Source: a virus
Lineage: Duplodnaviria > Caudoviricetes
Reading direction: 5' to 3' (one strand)
DNA: 59,757 nt
Virus record (IMG/VR): IMGVR_UViG_3300033143_004977
Span: 1 to 59,757 of that record
A program made the position numbers and the translations under genes. Below are positions 29,605-38,024 of this stretch, one piece after another. The notes beneath the pieces were generated by a model, which worked only from the letters and a program-made list of their open reading frames with translations, made no database searches and was not told where the DNA came from. Numbering within the stretch: the first letter of the stretch is position 1; the number at the start of each line of letters is the position of its first letter.

Positions 29605-29750
29605 AGCTCTGAAGATTTGTTGTTTAAGAGCTTACCATTATTGGCGTTCATTCCAAAAATAATGGGACATTAGAATTAAGCCGCTAGCAGGTAATATTCG
29701 ACGAATGATGGGGCGGGATTAAGAATGGGACAACAAACATTTCCCGCCCT
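29605..29750 (+). ncRNA. Structured leader RNA upstream of the Acb2/Tad1-like gene
   Basis: Three hairpins plus 8-bp loop-loop complement TTTGTTGT/ACAACAAA. Confidence 0.5.
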
Positions 29751-29774
29751 AATAATAGAAAGGAGGTGAGACAA

Positions 29775-29948
29775 ATGACAAACGAACAAATGCGTGAGAT
29801 TATACAGCGTGTCGAAGTCATTATTGACAATATGTCAGCAGATCCAAAAACTGACAACGTTGCATACAATCGTTGTGTTGAAAAAGCATTAACAAAACTC
29901 GAAGAGTCACATATGTGGATGGGAAAGACTCTTAACACATTAGAGTAA
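29775..29948 (+). CDS. Acb2/Tad1-like helical hairpin protein (putative cyclic-nucleotide sponge)
   Basis: RCVEKALTKLEESHMW motif; strong SD AAGGAGGTG. Confidence 0.65.
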   Translation: MTNEQMREIIQRVEVIIDNMSADPKTDNVAYNRCVEKALTKLEESHMWMGKTLNTLE

Positions 29949-29971
29949 GATTTATTCATTAACATAATAAC

Positions 29972-30244
29972 ATGAACTTACATGAATTAGCTGAAATTAA
30001 CTATGACGTGTACACGAATGCAGATAGAGAAATATTAAAATGGATTCTTAAAAACGAAAAGAACATTATAACAGCATTCAAAAAAAAGTTTCCTCGATCA
30101 CCATATGACTATAGAATACAAGTGAAAGTTGGTAATTGTACTAAATTACTTTTGAATGATGGAACATCAAAAAGTATGGGTAATATGGCATACTTAACAA
30201 CATTACAACTCAGAAGAATGGGTTGTCCTAAATCTACTAATTAA
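29972..30244 (+). CDS. Hypothetical protein
   Basis: ORF track. Confidence 0.55.
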   Translation: MNLHELAEINYDVYTNADREILKWILKNEKNIITAFKKKFPRSPYDYRIQVKVGNCTKLLLNDGTSKSMGNMAYLTTLQLRRMGCPKSTN

Positions 30245-30254
30245 TTATAAAAAC

Positions 30255-30482
30255 ATGAAAAAAGTAAAGAGAATTTCTGTGGTCATAGCCAAATTTGGAA
30301 GTGATCCTGAACATATCGAAGTATCAACAGATTTAACTATTGAAGAAGTTCTAAGAGAATCAGGCACTAGTAGAATAGCTGAAAAAATTTTTGTGAATGG
30401 TGAACGTGCAACATTAAAAGATATTATCGAAGACGGTGATAATATTTTGCTTGTTTCACCTAAGGAAGCTGGTAGAAATTAA
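30255..30482 (+). CDS. Ubiquitin-like (beta-grasp) protein
   Basis: 75 aa; TIEEVL, IFVNG, IIEDGDNILLV; C-terminus EAG-RN. Confidence 0.8.
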   Translation: MKKVKRISVVIAKFGSDPEHIEVSTDLTIEEVLRESGTSRIAEKIFVNGERATLKDIIEDGDNILLVSPKEAGRN

Positions 30483-30493
30483 ATAACAAAACG

Positions 30494-31303
30494 ATGTCAA
30501 AAATATCTTCATTTAAACAATGGTATGAAAAATATTTACAAGAATGTGATGACTGTTATGAAAAATCATTAAAGAACGAATATGTTGATATTGAAAAATT
30601 AACAGAAAAATTAGACATTCTTATGCAAGCACGATTGACAGGATCAGACATGAATCAACGTAGTGCACTTGATGATAAGATCAAATATGTCAACGATGCA
30701 TTAAAAACACGATATAAAAGAATAGACGCTGTCGGAAAGATTAAAAAAGAAATGAAAGAAAATCTGAAAATGAATTCAAGCAAAGCAGTGTATAAAAGAA
30801 TTCTAGCACATCCATTCATTGACGAAGTAATCGTTGAAGATAACTCTCTTAGCATTGTTACTAAAAGATTGTATGCTAATAAGATATACATCGGATATTA
30901 TCAGATAATGATTACATCAGATGACTCTCATTACAATGCATCAAATACACGAATTAAAAATCTTGAATACTGTGTGCATGATTGTCATGATCATTGGCAC
31001 GTGTCTAACAAACATCCTTGTTTAGCATCATGGAAACCTATTCTACAACGCCATCTTGATACATATCAACTATTTTTATTTTTCGATACGTTTATTCATT
31101 ATTTAACTTTATCAGATTCAACTCATGCTAATATTCATTTTGATAAATGGATTGAAGATTTTAAAGACAAAGGAGTTAAAAGAAAACTTATGACAAATAA
31201 ACATCAAGAAAAATTTATTCCTGTTAATGATCAGAGTTGGTATTCAGGTACAACAGGTACAATTACTAATACTATAATATGGGGAGAAACATGGATATCA
31301 TAA
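30494..31303 (+). CDS. Prokaryotic E2-like protein with N-terminal coiled coil
   Basis: HWHVSNKHPCLASW resembles the E2 HPH/N...C motif; lies between Ubl and JAB. Confidence 0.6.
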   Translation: MSKISSFKQWYEKYLQECDDCYEKSLKNEYVDIEKLTEKLDILMQARLTGSDMNQRSALDDKIKYVNDALKTRYKRIDAVGKIKKEMKENLKMNSSKAVYKRILAHPFIDEVIVEDNSLSIVTKRLYANKIYIGYYQIMITSDDSHYNASNTRIKNLEYCVHDCHDHWHVSNKHPCLASWKPILQRHLDTYQLFLFFDTFIHYLTLSDSTHANIHFDKWIEDFKDKGVKRKLMTNKHQEKFIPVNDQSWYSGTTGTITNTIIWGETWIS

Positions 31304-31842
31304 AAATAACAGAAAATGCATATTTGAAGATGAGATATTTCACAGAACATTGTGATAAAGAAATTTCTGGATTAGGAAAAGTTAAATATATTAATAATGA
31401 ACTTGTAATATATGATGCAGAGATCTTTACACAAAATGTATCTTCGATTCATAGCACTTTAGATGTAGATACATTAGCAATATTTTTGAATGAAAAGATA
31501 ACACAGAAAGAAAATACTAAAGATTATAAAGTATGGTTTCATTCACATGCTAATATGAAAGCATATTTTAGTCAAACTGATATAGATACTATTGATCAAT
31601 CTACTGAGTTTGATTATTTAATATCTATCGTAATGAATAAATACGAAGAAAATGAAGCAAGACTTGATATTTTCAGACCAGCTAGATTAACAATACCATT
31701 GAAATTACAAATATTACTAGAAGATAATAAAAAAATTGAAAAACAATGTATAAAAGAAATAAAAGAAAAAGTAAAAATATCAACTTTCAAAGACAAATTG
31801 ACATTTTTGACCCCAAAACATTTAAAAAAGAAGTCACGATAA
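31279..31842 (+). CDS. JAB/JAMM (MPN+) metallopeptidase
   Basis: EISG ... WFHSHANMKAYFSQTD (E..HxH.x7.SxxD). Confidence 0.9.
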   Translation: MGRNMDIIKITENAYLKMRYFTEHCDKEISGLGKVKYINNELVIYDAEIFTQNVSSIHSTLDVDTLAIFLNEKITQKENTKDYKVWFHSHANMKAYFSQTDIDTIDQSTEFDYLISIVMNKYEENEARLDIFRPARLTIPLKLQILLEDNKKIEKQCIKEIKEKVKISTFKDKLTFLTPKHLKKKSR

Positions 31843-31861
31843 TACGATAATATTTATATGT

Positions 31862-33093
31862 ATGATATCAACAATAATAAATGGAAAGAAAAAATGGAAA
31901 CATACATTAGAAACAAAAGAAAAACAAAAATGCGCAACATTAGAACAATTTAAAGATGGTATGCCTCAAAAAACAAAAGATAAAATTAAAAAAAAGTTAA
32001 CGGGTCGTAAACAATCTAAAGAACATATCGAAAAAAACAGAATTCGTCAGATTGGTCAAACAGTACCACCATCACGAAGAAAAAAAATTAGCAAAGGCGT
32101 TCTTAAAACATTAGAAGAAAGACCCGAAATTAGTAAAATCATTTCTGATAAAGCAAAACAACGTTCTTTTGAAAAATATTTAAATATTAATAGTTTTGCT
32201 AGTAAAAGAAAAAAAATAATTAGTATATTACACGGTTCACAAGAAATGAAAAATTGGAAAAAGAAAGTGTTAGCAAGAGATTCGTATAAATGTGTATCAT
32301 GTAATTCTAAACGAAATCTCAATGTCGATCATATTAAAAAGTTCATTAATATACTTGATGAAAATATAGAAAAAATAATCGATTTGAACTTTGAAGAAAT
32401 ATTAAAAATTAATGCATTTTGGGACATTAATAATGGTCGTGTACTTTGCGAAGAATGTCATAGATATACTTTTACTTATGGTAATAGAAAAACAAAAAAG
32501 AAAATTAATTACATGAGACAAATGGATATTTTCAATCCTATTTTATTTAATGAAGATGTCAGTATCGTAGGATTGGGTTCAATTGGTTCAAATACTGCAC
32601 TTTGCTTAGCACGTCTCGGAATAAAAAATATACATATAGTCGATCATGATATTGTATCAGCACATAATTTACCTAATCAATGTTATAATAAAAATGATAT
32701 AAACCGATCTAAAACATTTTGTTTAGCAGAAACATTAAAAGTTGGTCTTCATTCAAATATCATTTATAATCAAAAATGTCCTCAAACTAAATTCGACGGT
32801 TCTAAAAACATGAACGAATATTTGATTATTGCAGTTGATTCAATGAATGAAAGAAAGAAAATTGCTAAGCAACTTAAAAAAGCAATTATCAAACCAAAAA
32901 AAGTGATACAATTGAAGAATGGCAAAAAACATTTTCAGACAATCCCGACAAAGATCCATGTACTGCACGTTATATTTCATATATGTCAATGATAATGGGA
33001 GCATTAATTGCTAATCAGTTCAAACGGATCATGAAAAACGAACCATACAAAAAAGAATTATTATTTAATATTGATACATTGCAAATATTATGA
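31862..33093 (+). pseudogene. HNH endonuclease fused to ThiF/E1 enzyme; E1 C-terminus in the -1 frame after about 32900
   Basis: RDSYKCVSC..VDHI..LCEECH; YMRQ, VGLGSIGS, DHDIV..NLPNQ, AVDS; the -1 frame gives DPCTARYISY..LQIL. Confidence 0.8.
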
Positions 33094-33281
33094 ATGAACA
33101 ATTAGAAAGAACAAATGACATTTTAGAAATACGAGTAAGTGTTAGGCGTAATAATGAAATAGAAATAGGAGGAGAAATTAAAAATGCTCAAGAAACAGAA
33201 ACGACTATTCTCGCAAGAACACCTGAAATAGCTGGTAAACAAGTCGAACAAATAGCAAGACAGTTTTTAGAATTGAAATAA
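33090..33281 (+). CDS. Hypothetical protein
   Basis: ATGA overlap with the -1-frame E1 stop. Confidence 0.6.
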   Translation: MNEQLERTNDILEIRVSVRRNNEIEIGGEIKNAQETETTILARTPEIAGKQVEQIARQFLELK

Positions 33282-33293
33282 TGAAAATCGAAT

Positions 33294-33356
33294 ATGTCAA
33301 AACAAAACGAAGACAACAATATTGACGAAGCTATTGAAGAAATTATTAAGAAATAA
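33294..33356 (+). pseudogene. Orphan 5' stub of recA (20 codons)
   Basis: MSKQNEDNNIDEAIEEIIKK* versus RecA NINDAIEEIIRKY. Confidence 0.75.
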
Positions 33357-33373
33357 TAATATTAATTAATAAA

Positions 33374-33884
33374 ATGAAAAAAGGCAGTATCCATACATCA
33401 GAAGCAATTATTAAAATGAGTAAAGCAAAACCGGGAAAAAATCATCCTATGTATGGTAAAAAACAATCAAAAGAAACAATAGAAAAAAGAAGATTAAAAA
33501 CAGCAGGTCAAAAAAGATCAAAAAAAACAAAAATTACGTATGAGTGAAAATCATGCTGATTTTTCTGATAAAAATAATCCATTTTATGGGAAAGGGTATA
33601 CACGATTAGGCGATAAACATCCATTATTCATTCATGGAAAAATTAAAAAAAGAAATAGTTGGTTTGTATGGTCTGATAAAGAAGGAAAAAGAATAAAATG
33701 TTCTAGATATGTAGCAGAACAATATCTTGGAAGAAAATTAGTAAAAGGAGAAGTGATACATCATATAAACAAAGACCCGTTAGATGATAGACCAGAAAAT
33801 TTATATGTATTTCTAAATCAATCTGAACATATGCATCATCATATGATGAAAAATCCTCCAATCTTAATATCAAATCTTACATAA
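33374..33884 (+). pseudogene. NUMOD3-HNH endonuclease, frameshifted near 33530
   Basis: NHPMYGKKQSKET, then in another frame EVIHHINKDPLDDRPENL. Confidence 0.75.
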
Positions 33885-33893
33885 ATATATATT

Positions 33894-35735
33894 ATGACGA
33901 ATAAAAAAAATGTCGAATCTAATATCAATGACGCAATTGAAGAAATAATACGAAAATATGGAAAAGAATCAATAACAACGGGTAAGACTTCTAAAAATAT
34001 TGATATTGAAACGATACCAACTGGCTCTATTGGACTCGACAAAGCATTAGGTATTGGAGGAATTCCTAGAGGAAGAATAATAGAAATTTTTGGAGATGAG
34101 TCATGTGTAGATCAAAATACTTTTGTACAATATTCGACAAGACATAAAAATGGTAAAAAAATTAGTAATCATGGTGGATCAATTAAAAAATTATATGAAA
34201 ACTTTCATAAGATAAAAACATCAGATGGTCGTAGAATGCGACATTCTAAAACGAATAAAAATATTGATTTTTATGTTACTTCAATTAATACTGAAGACAG
34301 AGTTATTTTAAATAGAATCATAGATGTTGTAAAATGTGGTAAAAAAGAATGTTTTACAGTAATAACAAAATCTGGTAAAACAATTCAATGTACATTAGAC
34401 CATAAATTTTATATAGGTAATAATAAGTTTGTTAAATTAGAAAAATTAAAGAAAAATGATGTAATATATGTTCATAATAAAAAACATTATGCTGGTCATA
34501 AAAAATATAATCGAGACACAGATGAAAGAAAAGAATTTTTAGTAAAATATCATCCTTCTAAACATATTAAAAAAGTTGGAAAATTTATATATTATAAAGT
34601 CGGTACTTCTCGAATAGTTTATGAAGCTTACTTAAATAAACTTTCGTTTGAAAAATATGTCTATATATTAAATAATGAAAACGAAGAAACCATTGACAAA
34701 TTTAAAACTCTTTCTTCTGCTGATACTATTCACCATATTAATCATATTCCAACAGATAATAGACTTGAAAATTTAAAACATATGACTGTTTCGGAGCATA
34801 TGTCATATCATGCATTTTGTAATAATAACAATCATCTTCGATTTATAACATCTAAAGATACTATAAAAAGTATAAAAAAAGCAGGTTTATTTGAAACGTA
34901 CGATATTAAATGTTTATCACCATTTAATAATTATATTGCAAATAATATAGTCGTACATAATTCAGGAAAAACAACTTTATCATTACATATTATCGCAGAA
35001 GCACAGAAACAAGGATTAGTCTGTGCTTTTATTGACGCAGAACAAGCATTATCATTGCCTTATGCAGAACAACTTGGAGTAAATATTGATAAATTATTAG
35101 TATCAGTACCAAATAGTGGAGAAGAAGGATTAGATATAACTGAAACATTAGTTAAATCAAAGAAAATTGGTTTAATTATCATTGATTCTGTTGCAGCATT
35201 AACACCCCAGGCTGAAATAGATGGTGATATGGGTGCACGCCATATTGGACTTCAAGCGAGACTTATGTCTCAAGGGCTAAGAAAACTTACAGCAATTGCT
35301 TCTAAAACAAACACTACTATTATTTTTATTAATCAAACTCGCATAATGATTGGGATGGTATATGGTGATCCAACAACTACAACAGGTGGTGTTGCTTTGA
35401 AATTTTACACAACGATCCGAATTCAAGTTAGAAGATCTGCTAAATTAAAAGAAGGAGATGATATAATAGGAAACAGAATAAAGATCAAAATAGCAAAAAA
35501 TAAAATATCTGCTCCATTCAAAACACTGGAATATGATATTATATTTGGAGAAGGTATTTCAAAAGTATCAGAAGTTATCAATCTTGGCTTAGATTACAAA
35601 ATAATAACAAAAAAAGGCAATTCATTATATTTTAATGAAGAAAAACTAGGTGGTAGTTTACAAAAAACTAAAGAATATTTAAAAACTAATCCAAAAACAG
35701 TTAATAAAATTATTACTTTGATTCAAGCAAAATAA
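33894..35735 (+). CDS. recA: RecA recombinase containing an intein
   Basis: IPTGSIGLD, GGIPRGRIIEIFG, FIDAE, IIDSVAAL, QARLMSQGLRK, GGVALKFY. Confidence 0.95.
   Translation: MTNKKNVESNINDAIEEIIRKYGKESITTGKTSKNIDIETIPTGSIGLDKALGIGGIPRGRIIEIFGDESCVDQNTFVQYSTRHKNGKKISNHGGSIKKLYENFHKIKTSDGRRMRHSKTNKNIDFYVTSINTEDRVILNRIIDVVKCGKKECFTVITKSGKTIQCTLDHKFYIGNNKFVKLEKLKKNDVIYVHNKKHYAGHKKYNRDTDERKEFLVKYHPSKHIKKVGKFIYYKVGTSRIVYEAYLNKLSFEKYVYILNNENEETIDKFKTLSSADTIHHINHIPTDNRLENLKHMTVSEHMSYHAFCNNNNHLRFITSKDTIKSIKKAGLFETYDIKCLSPFNNYIANNIVVHNSGKTTLSLHIIAEAQKQGLVCAFIDAEQALSLPYAEQLGVNIDKLLVSVPNSGEEGLDITETLVKSKKIGLIIIDSVAALTPQAEIDGDMGARHIGLQARLMSQGLRKLTAIASKTNTTIIFINQTRIMIGMVYGDPTTTTGGVALKFYTTIRIQVRRSAKLKEGDDIIGNRIKIKIAKNKISAPFKTLEYDIIFGEGISKVSEVINLGLDYKIITKKGNSLYFNEEKLGGSLQKTKEYLKTNPKTVNKIITLIQAK
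34104..34961 (+). mobile_element. Intein (286 aa) with HNH domain, inserted in the RecA Walker A motif
   Basis: GDES|CVDQ ... CTLDHKF ... HHINH..DNRLENL ... VVHN|SGKTT. Confidence 0.95.
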
Positions 35736-35772
35736 TGTCAGGAACAGTTTGTATTTTGTATAACTCTTCAAA

Positions 35773-36207
35773 ATGAGAAACAAAAAAGACAAACTTAAAA
35801 TAATATCAAATTATGATTATGATGTTGACCCACTGTTAAAAAAAGATTTAATTAAATATTATAAAGAAGGATATTCATTGATAGAACTAAGCAGAGGATT
35901 TCATATTGATTTTTCTCTTATATTGTTTATTCTAAAAAAATCGAAAATAAGAAAAACACAACTATATGAAATATATGAATATCAGGCAGAACGAAAAGAA
36001 CTTTCACATATAGTGTACATACCCGTTAAAGAAAGTATATATTTAGAAAAATTTTTTCCAACGACTGATGAAAATATTACAAATAGTTATTTTTCTTTCT
36101 GGATGAGCAAACATAAAAAAAATGAAAGAAAAAAAGAAAAATGTTTGCATAACGTAAAACATATACAATGTGCAATTTGTGGAAAGATATTAGCTGATGT
36201 AAAATAA
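35773..36207 (+). CDS. HTH-containing hypothetical protein
   Basis: YKEGYSLIELSRGFHI; C-terminal CAIC. Confidence 0.6.
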   Translation: MRNKKDKLKIISNYDYDVDPLLKKDLIKYYKEGYSLIELSRGFHIDFSLILFILKKSKIRKTQLYEIYEYQAERKELSHIVYIPVKESIYLEKFFPTTDENITNSYFSFWMSKHKKNERKKEKCLHNVKHIQCAICGKILADVK

Positions 36208-36304
36208 CATTATACAATGCATTCTATTTTTATTATAATAATAATTGAAAAAGAAAAAGAATATTGTGATATTGTTAAAAATAGACTTACATAATTGAAT
36301 TATT

Positions 36305-36807
36305 ATGCCAATAGGTATCTACAATAGAAAAATAAAAGAAAGACACTCTTATATTTGTATTGTGTGTGGTCAAGTAAAATATGCTATACCAAGTATTGCA
36401 AAATATAGAAAATATTGTTCGCATAAGTGTTATTGGTCTGTGTCAAAATCAACAAAAACAAAAAACAAAACAAGTAATTCAATGTTAGGACAACATGTAG
36501 GTAAAGATAATCCTATGTATGGTAAATACGGAAAAGACAGTGCAAGATTCATAGATAGAATAATACAACGTCAAGACGGACGTTGGCTTACATGGTCAGA
36601 AAAAAAGGAAAAAGAGTATATAATTCAAGATATATTGCAGAAAAATATCTAAATCGTGAATTAACAAAAAAAGAAGTAGTACATCATATAAACGAAGATT
36701 ATACTGATGACAGACCAGAGAATCTTTATGTTTTTCCGTCGAATGGTGAACACACTAGTTATCATCGTTTAGAAAATAAATATCATTTAATTTCTAATTT
36801 GATATAG
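36305..36807 (+). pseudogene. HNH endonuclease split by a -1 shift near 36600
   Basis: CIVC..YCSHKC, NPMYGK; second frame EVVHHINEDYTDDRPENL. Confidence 0.75.
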
Positions 36808-36851
36808 TACATTATTTATTATTCTATACATATTAATTATGATAGTATTAC

Positions 36852-37190
36852 ATGAAAAAATATATTATCCCAACTCTTCCACCAACTGATAATCATTTGT
36901 ATGGCCAGCACGGTCACATTCGGTTTCTTACAAAAGAGGGAAAAGATTGGAAAGAATATGCAGGACTATTAGTTAAATTAAAGTATAAAGCAAAACCAAA
37001 AGAAGGAGATGTAAAATTTGGAGAAATTCATGTATATCTACGAAGAACTCGTGATATCCAAGGGACTTTAAAATTATTTTTCGACTCATTCGAAGGAATC
37101 TTATATTTGAATGATCGACAGATTGTAAAATTTGGGCCCGTGTTTAAACATATCGACAAAACAAATCCTCGGATTGAGTTTTTTTTCTAA
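36852..37190 (+). CDS. rusA: RusA-like Holliday junction resolvase
   Basis: PPTDN.LY, RDI..LKLFFDS, LNDRQI, NPRIE. Confidence 0.8.
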   Translation: MKKYIIPTLPPTDNHLYGQHGHIRFLTKEGKDWKEYAGLLVKLKYKAKPKEGDVKFGEIHVYLRRTRDIQGTLKLFFDSFEGILYLNDRQIVKFGPVFKHIDKTNPRIEFFF

Positions 37191-37247
37191 CGTTATTGTT
37201 ATTATAAAGGTCGGACAATAATCTTACATTCACAATAAAATACAATT

Positions 37248-37538
37248 ATGATTGAAATTTTAGCAGTTGCAGTAGTCTTTGGTGTCACTGAGATCTTTAA
37301 GAAAATCGTAGCAAAACTTGAGAAAAAATCTAAAACGAAATTAACGAAAGAAGAAATTGGAAATATGGTATTGATATTTGGATTTATCATGTCATTAGCA
37401 TATTCGTTCATTTTCATTAAAGGATACATTACACCAGAAATGATAACTGAAGCTACTCAAATATTCGCATGTGCTATTGCAACATATGAAGTACTGTACA
37501 AACGAATATTGATTAAAGTTATTGAAAAATTGAATTAG
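37248..37538 (+). CDS. Small membrane protein, holin-like
   Basis: Two or three hydrophobic segments. Confidence 0.45.
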   Translation: MIEILAVAVVFGVTEIFKKIVAKLEKKSKTKLTKEEIGNMVLIFGFIMSLAYSFIFIKGYITPEMITEATQIFACAIATYEVLYKRILIKVIEKLN

Positions 37539-37547
37539 TAAATTATT

Positions 37548-37576
37548 AAAAATCACTTTTACATTGGTGATTTTTA
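37548..37576 (+). terminator. Intrinsic terminator
   Basis: AAAATCAC/GTGATTTT stem followed by a T-run. Confidence 0.5.
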
Positions 37577-37584
37577 TTTACCTA

Positions 37585-37613
37585 TTTACAAATAGTTAAA
37601 AGTATGGTATAAT
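37585..37613 (+). promoter_or_regulatory. Phage consensus promoter
   Basis: TTTACA-17 nt-TATAAT with TG. Confidence 0.8.
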
Positions 37614-37628
37614 ATAGATACAGTTAAA

Positions 37629-37812
37629 TAAGTTTCTGGATTGGGGGTTGATGTTAATAATCCCTACTCAGGATAAACATATGGTGCAGCATCTAAAGTG
37701 TGAATCCAGTGGACACCAAGAAAAATACTAAAAGCAGAGTTGCAGTGTCTTAGAGGTATCGTTGGAGATAGCTACCAACAGCTGAGTCCTCTACCCCCAA
37801 TTTAGAAACTTA
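37629..37812 (+). ncRNA. Unassigned structured ncRNA, about 185 nt
   Basis: 19-bp closing stem, several internal hairpins, ACTCAG/CTGAGT pseudoknot; directly after a promoter. Confidence 0.65.
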
Positions 37813-37943
37813 AAAAATATGCATGGCACATATCTTGTGTATTATGATAGAGAATTTGCACGATTTGAAAATGTAGAATTATGTAATGCATTATGGGAAA
37901 CAGTCAAACATAAATTATCAAATAAGAGTAAAAAATTATAAAA

Positions 37944-38015
37944 CAGAGTGTGGCGAAACAGTATCGTGCGTGGTTTGGATCCACGAGATTGTAGGTTCGA
38001 ATCCTATCACTCTGA
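37944..38015 (+). tRNA. tRNA-Pro(UGG)
   Basis: CAGAGTG/CACTCTG acceptor, CGTGG-TTTGGAT-CCACG anticodon arm, GTAGG-TTCGAAT-CCTAT T arm; CCA not encoded. Confidence 0.85.
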
Positions 38016-38024
38016 CATAATAAT

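Noticed and set aside
37640-37800. tmRNA, RNase P or c-di-AMP riboswitch identity for the ncRNA
   Set aside because: Only fragmentary resemblance; no T-loop/CCA, tag ORF or P4 signature
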